Made by a program: the position numbers and the translations under genes. A stretch of 55,593 bases of DNA, the filler included, from Streblomastix strix (Eukaryota): the NCBI GenBank assembly GCA_008636045.1. It is 3 parts of 3 records of this genome, joined end to end, with 100 filler letters (N's around TTAATTAATTAA, not from the genome) between each part and the next. Parts side by side here need not be neighbours in the genome. Positions count along the whole stretch, not along the records: positions 37,152 to 55,593 come from SNRW01000606.1; 2 more parts are not named here. The stretch is one strand, 5' to 3'. Of the stretch, positions 50,155 to 55,593 are shown in pieces. The notes below the pieces were generated by a model, which was not told where the DNA came from, searched no databases, and worked only from the letters and a program-made list of their open reading frames with translations. Numbering within the stretch: position 1 is the first letter of the stretch; each line of letters opens with the position of its first letter.

Positions 50155-51660
50155 GCTTAATCTACTTAGTGTGTCAGTTATCTTGTTTGATACTCCTTGA
50201 ATATGTTGAATCTCTGTTTGAATTCTCAATTGCTGGCATAACTTAACTATTTTCTTCACTTCTGTTACCAGTGATTAATCTGCTATCTGTTTTGCTAAAT
50301 CTTATATTGTGGTAGAGCTGTCAGACTTAATGAGGATCGCTTTGATTTGCAGCTCTTTAAAGGCTTATCCGTAGCGGAATAGTCCTAAGAATATGGCTTC
50401 CATCTCCTTCTTGTAACTTGTCCAATGTTTCTGTTCCTTGTTCCATTCACCATGTTAGACTAAAGTATCCCCAGTTTGTAGTTCCAGAGTCACTCTTCAA
50501 CCTTTAGGAAATGCGCCGGATATCATTACAGCTTCTGGAATTCTCACTTCTAGGGTCACATCATTATTTTCCGTTATCACTCCCTGCCAATATTAAAGCT
50601 CTTGAAGGATTTTCTTGGGTAGAATATTATTCTCTCTCCATTTTTTATTCTTCAATGCTCTCGTTTTTGCAGAGTCCATTAACTTTAACTAGAAGGAAGC
50701 TTCTCTTACTTGGACTCATGGAAAATTCAGTATACCTATTATTGATGACAAGTAATTGATCTTATTCGGGAATTATTTCTTTGTTAAACTGATAAATTTC
50801 CTTAATTAAAAATGAAGTTCCTATTTTCTTAAGTCTGTCATCTTTAAATTCATTCTTTTCAATTCCTAAGTCCATACTAAGAAGTTAATCTGTTGTTTTG
50901 ATTCTATTTCGCATTTCTCCTAAGCTATTGTCTATCCAAATGCCTCCAAAATTTTCATTATTGTCTAAGTTTATTCTCTCAATCTTTCTTTGTTTTAATG
51001 CAGTAGGAGCAGATCGTCCACGTAATTCAAAATTCTTATATCTAACTCTCTCCGTATCTTCGATAGAACCATTGCTAGCGCTTGAGCGAAGAAGATTGGG
51101 GAGTGTAATTATCCAAACGGCATTGTTCTATATTAATAGATTTTCCCCATTGCTTCGAATGTTAGATATAGTCTGTGCTGTAGATTTACTATTACGCGGT
51201 GAAAGGCCGATATTAGATCTAGACTTGCTGCCAAGTCTCCTTTCCTTATCAAATCTCTCACTTGATCTGTTCCATTCATCTTAAAATGAATCGTTTATAT
51301 CTCCTTATTCAGTGAATTCGCTTCAAGAATTTTCATCTATTTCCAATAAAGATTCGGAATTATAAATGTTGGATTAAATTATTTGGCAAGCTCTGGATAT
51401 ATATCTTCAACTAATTTTCTCTTAATTCTACCTCTAATTTCTCTATGTATGCTATTTACTCTTCTCTTGAGCCCGAGAACGGACAAATTCTCAGTCTCTC
51501 TTACAACCTCTTCTCGCTATCCTCGTTTTTGAACAGTTGGAAAAACCTCATTTATATAAATTCACTCCCATTACTAGTTTCCATGTTTCTAGATAACGAA
51601 TTGTTTTCCTCCCATTCCTGCATTTGATTGAGATTGTAATGTTTACTCCATTAGGGTCCT
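50155..51660 (-). pseudogene. Reverse transcriptase and RNase H of DIRS element B
   Basis: LDLISAFH, YRTMPFG, SPIFF, intact YVDD (51013-51024). RNase H motifs KEMEAI, IKSDSSTT, HIQGVSNKITDTLSRL. Confidence 0.92.
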
Positions 51661-51699
51661 AGGAAATATTTCCAGTTTGTGAATATCCTCCGTTGTTCT

Positions 51700-54600
51700 G
51701 TTCTAAATTCCCATAAGTTGAAACTGACCGGGGGCTCGCACCAGGCTGTCAGCGCTGCTAGTCTTCACTCTAGTTCTAGTTTGCGACAACAGAAGTATTT
51801 GTGTATGTGACTTTACCTCTGACAGGTGACCTTCTTTCCTTTCTTCTGAACTTTGGGTTCACGAATGAGATTTCTTTTGAGTTATGTAGAAGGTGTGGTC
51901 AAAATATTTATTAGTTTAATTCAAGCAACTTCTACTTAACTCGAAACTATGATATTTGGAGAAGATACTGCCTTTTTTACATTTCTATTTGTTGAAAATG
52001 TCTCTCTTGGAGCATGATAAACCTATGCTGATTCTCTTGCAATCTATTGAAGTTATATTTCATTCAGAACTGAGAATGGATTTATAATCATCACCATAAG
52101 ATCAACATTCAAAATTGAGCTTTAATTCTAGTTCAGATAAGATGTAGTCTAACTCTATATGTTTGTTTATGTTAGAGAGGCTACCGTTTACCTTCTACTG
52201 ATGGGCTATCTCGAACTCAGTTTTAAGTATGACTGGTCTGGGACCCTCTCTGGCGGTCCAAGATTATACATCTAACTAAATAATTGTCCAAGTTGACTGT
52301 CCAACAGTTAATTATTCAACTATTGTGTTTATGCTTAGTTTCTTCTTTGCTTTTTCTAACTCCTCTAATGTTTCTTATGATTATGTTTCTTATTGTTCTT
52401 ATTCAGTGGTTTGATTTCTAAATATTAAGACTCGTCCACGAAGCCATCCTAGAATTAATTTTATTATTCACCTGTTCCACTACCAAAGTCCCAACCTGCA
52501 TTAATGTGAACCGCGTTTTTATTCTCTTCTGTTATTCTTCTTTATATCTGGGCCTCATAGAATGGTGTTAACTTCATTTGTGGGCCAAAGCCTCTCTTTA
52601 TTTTCTATTGTTCTTCAGGTGATAGTTTGTTTAGTATTTGTATTCTTAATCTCATGGCTTTATTTTCATCAGAGTGATTCTAGAGTTTGTTCATTATTCT
52701 ACTCGTTAAGTTTTGAAATTTCTCATTCTGCACCATTTTATTGAAATATTAGACTTGTTTTCCTGTATATTCTTTAATTTCAACTTGTCTTTTAAAATCA
52801 ATTGAGAGTTGCGGTAGACGATTAATAGCTTATTCGATTGAGATGCATTTAGATTGTTATGACCCATTTAAGAATTAATAGTTAGGGTCTATGGCAAATA
52901 GAGATTATTGCTGACCTGGTTGTTCATTTTATTTTTTTAATATTAATGATGATGATAACGAAAGTGATAAGGATAACTATTGTTATTATTTAATTAGAGA
53001 TCTAGTCTCTAATAATGATACTTAGAGAGTTAGATTAAGCTATACTGGGAAAGCTTATGTACGTTAAAATGGATTTTGTTCTGCTATATTATTCAAATCA
53101 TCATTTTATCTTATTTGTTGAAGTAATAAATTATCAAGTTTTTCTGTTTAAGTTGTATAGGTTGCACCTGTTTGAATAAGTTGTTTAGCTTCATTTGTTA
53201 TATCCCCTTGTCCATATCTTGGAGTATTCTCTATGTTTTATTAAATTTTTTTACTCTAAATTAATAACATCTATCTATTATGTCTATTCATTACTGACAT
53301 TAGCATCTTGTTGTTGAATTTATATTTCTCTATTAACTTCATGAAATTAATTTATACACTACTAGATTTGTATAATTACTTGTTGATTCAATTATTCTGA
53401 ATTATCTTATGTTGCGAGTAATTGTTGGGCTGATCGGAAATTTGCGATTGGAATATCTCTCTCCTGGATAATTGACTCTGTACTTGTCAATGAAACATTG
53501 CTATCTTCATCAAGGTTGGGAGAGATGTTATTCATTCTACAAAAAGCTTGATCTTAAGCTGTTCTAAGGTTTGACATATAAACAAGTGCTCCTGTAACTG
53601 TTTGAACTGGAGGTAAGGCCTGATCTCGTCTATTGCATTATACTTTGAATTATCCTAACTGTTATCTCTAAACTTCGCGTTGTAGCCCTTCAGCCCAATC
53701 ATCATTATTCTGTCCATTTCCTGAACCATCACTTGAAATTACTCTCCTTCTCTTCCTGCATCTTCATCAATCTAATTAATCATACCTGTCATTTCGAACT
53801 TTTCCATTTCTTTGATTATCGTCGTTATCATGATCATGATCATGGTAATGGTGGTGGTTTTCATCTTCATCCAACTCCAATCGCACAGTATCTAAGTTTA
53901 GATCTGTACATACTTCTATCCAAAATGTTTTCCGATCATTAATTGTTAGATACTCATGTCTGGCAAGTCTTTAGAAGAAAGCACTGACATTAAGGAGACC
54001 ATCTCCAAATCATCTTTAACGTTCTCTATTAGCTTTTAGGTCAAAATTTCTTAATGTATAACTTCTCTATGCCTAGAAGTCTCTGTGAGCATTAGATTGT
54101 TGCTAATTCATATCTATCGATAATTCTGGAGGGTCTATTGCGTTGAAGAGACTCTAATCTATTCTTTATGAGATTTCCTTGTTCCACAATGATTACTAGT
54201 CTTACGCAATCTTTCTTGTTAAGGCTGTACATGGTAAATGTATTAATCGTCCTTTTACGTATTTAGGTTCTTGAACCTGGTTTAATTGTTATTGTACCAA
54301 TGCCGTTGACCTAATTGTTGGTAGCTGGTTATATTACTAATTTAATTACTCAGGGTTCTAGCTTTTGAAGCTAGACTGGAAGGTAAAATGGCCCAATGAA
54401 CTTAGTGATGATGGAGTTAATAAAGTAGATTATTATGTTTATTACATTCCAAAGGTTGGAAAATTCTATATGAACTAAGGATGAATTTCTACTATGTTCG
54501 CCTATCTTTATAGTTATATGATATAGCCTGAAGAAAATTTGGTGTGTAATAAAAAACATGGTTATGGAAAACCTTGAAACTGTTGGATTCCTGGGCAAAT

Positions 54601-55397
54601 GCCAAATTAATGGAATAACTATTATATCATTAGTCTTAGCATTAGTTGTTGCGAGTAGAACTGTTGTATAATCATGGTTGGTGTAAACGTCACCAGCTGT
54701 GGAATCTATTGTCCTAGTCTCATCGCAGTTGCGTAGTAGTGGCCTGCTTGCAGGTTTAGTAAGTCCTGACTTCATTATCCTTATATCAGCCTCAACGCAT
54801 GCAATGGTTGATTTGTGAGTGGCATGACTCCATTATAGCCCGGATCAAATTATTAGGCCCATTAAGCGCCTTCCTTCATCTGTATCCGGATATAAGTTGA
54901 CCTTTCTGCTAAGCATAGTAGTGCCGCGCACACGTCTATTAGGTCAATCAATGTCTTTTTTGTGTTCCCTTACAATAAATGTTGAATCAAAAGTATTGTC
55001 AGCTTGTACAGCATCAGGATTTAAACTACAAATTCTGAATATATCTATACACGCAGTTATTCGCGTTGTTGTTCATGATTTGGTGTCGTGGTACCACTGC
55101 GTGTCTTGTCGCCTCAGGAGCATGCATAGTTCGTGCGTTGTTGTCCCGTATCTTCGCTTATGCGATTGGATTCGCCCAAAAATCTATTGCGAACGCGTTC
55201 CGCCCCGTTAGCAGTTCCATGAACCTCATGATAAAAAAATTGTACCTCCTGCATCGGCGGCGTCCTCAGAGCAGGTCCAGCGTCAGCGTCTGTTACTGTA
55301 ATCCAGCGATCGCTCTCAAATGCGTTGGTATCGCTCCCGTTCGCATCCCTGTCGTCCATTAGAGGTTATCTCGGTTTTGTGTTGATACTAGCTCCAT
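51700..55397 (-). pseudogene. ORF1 (gag-like) of DIRS element B, apparently interrupted by a ~0.67-kb foreign segment (~54376-55045)
   Basis: GC-rich 5' part from ATG 55397, then a long Q/N/R-rich frame from ~54375 downwards with scattered TGAs and frameshifts. Confidence 0.6.
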
Positions 55398-55474
55398 CGC
55401 GAAGGTGCATAAACAATGCCTATACATTTTAACCACATGCTTGTGTAATGGTTCGCTTTCTTATTTTTCAAATG

Positions 55475-55593
55475 GCAGACCCATAGGGATGGGCTGCTCA
55501 ACGGAGCACCCAGTCCCAGCGGCCCATTTGACAATCTCAAAATAAAGGGGTGATGCAATAGTCTCCGACGGAGATGGACTACAATAATCTCCG
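55475..55593 (-). repeat. Left ITR of DIRS element B
   Basis: Inverted copy of 48059-48150 plus an extension complementary to the ICR. Confidence 0.9.

Larger units (their letters stand above)
48045..55593 (-). mobile_element. DIRS1-type retrotransposon (element B, different subfamily), near full length; left terminus at or just beyond the contig end
   Basis: ITRs at 48045-48150 and 55475-55593 are inverted, with an ICR at 48598-48710. ORF1 - RT - RNase H - MT - YR on the minus strand. Confidence 0.93.

Noticed and set aside
4385..55362. Most short ORFs in the supplied track (e.g. 6424-6729, 18680-19078, 27157-27468, 32693-32996, 50898-51284)
   Set aside because: They are antisense or off-frame shadows, or fragments, of table-6 genes; the track assumes TAA/TAG are stops.
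1..55593. Bacterial RT systems (retron, DGR, group II intron) or prophage
   Set aside because: The RTs are non-LTR and DIRS types, the DNA has spliceosomal introns and table-6 coding, and no operons, rRNA or tRNA genes were recognised.

Overview
Very AT-rich eukaryotic (protist-like) nuclear DNA made of three unrelated ~18.45-kb contigs (1-18477, 18578-37051, 37152-55593) joined by artificial 100-bp N44-TTAATTAATTAA-N44 linkers. The supplied standard-code ORF track is misleading. The DNA reads with TAA/TAG = Gln and TGA = stop (translation table 6) and has short AT-rich GT-AG introns. That combination suggests an oxymonad such as Streblomastix (inference). Contig 1 holds a giant intronless ~2,900-codon non-LTR retrotransposon ORF (CRE-like RT, CCHC finger, restriction-like endonuclease) with five in-frame TGAs but no frameshift, followed by three spliced host genes, one encoding a C2H2 zinc-finger protein. 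Contigs 2 and 3 are nested mobile DNA: two near-complete DIRS1-type tyrosine-recombinase retrotransposons with inverted terminal repeats and internal complementary regions, further DIRS remnants, two hAT transposase pseudogenes and three Polinton-type protein-primed PolB pseudogenes (two with an HNH-like insert). A TA-flanked, TIR-bounded 1-kb element inserted in one DIRS ORF1 carries a fragment of an NAD(P) transhydrogenase gene. All translations and alignments were done by eye, and boundaries marked ~ are approximate.
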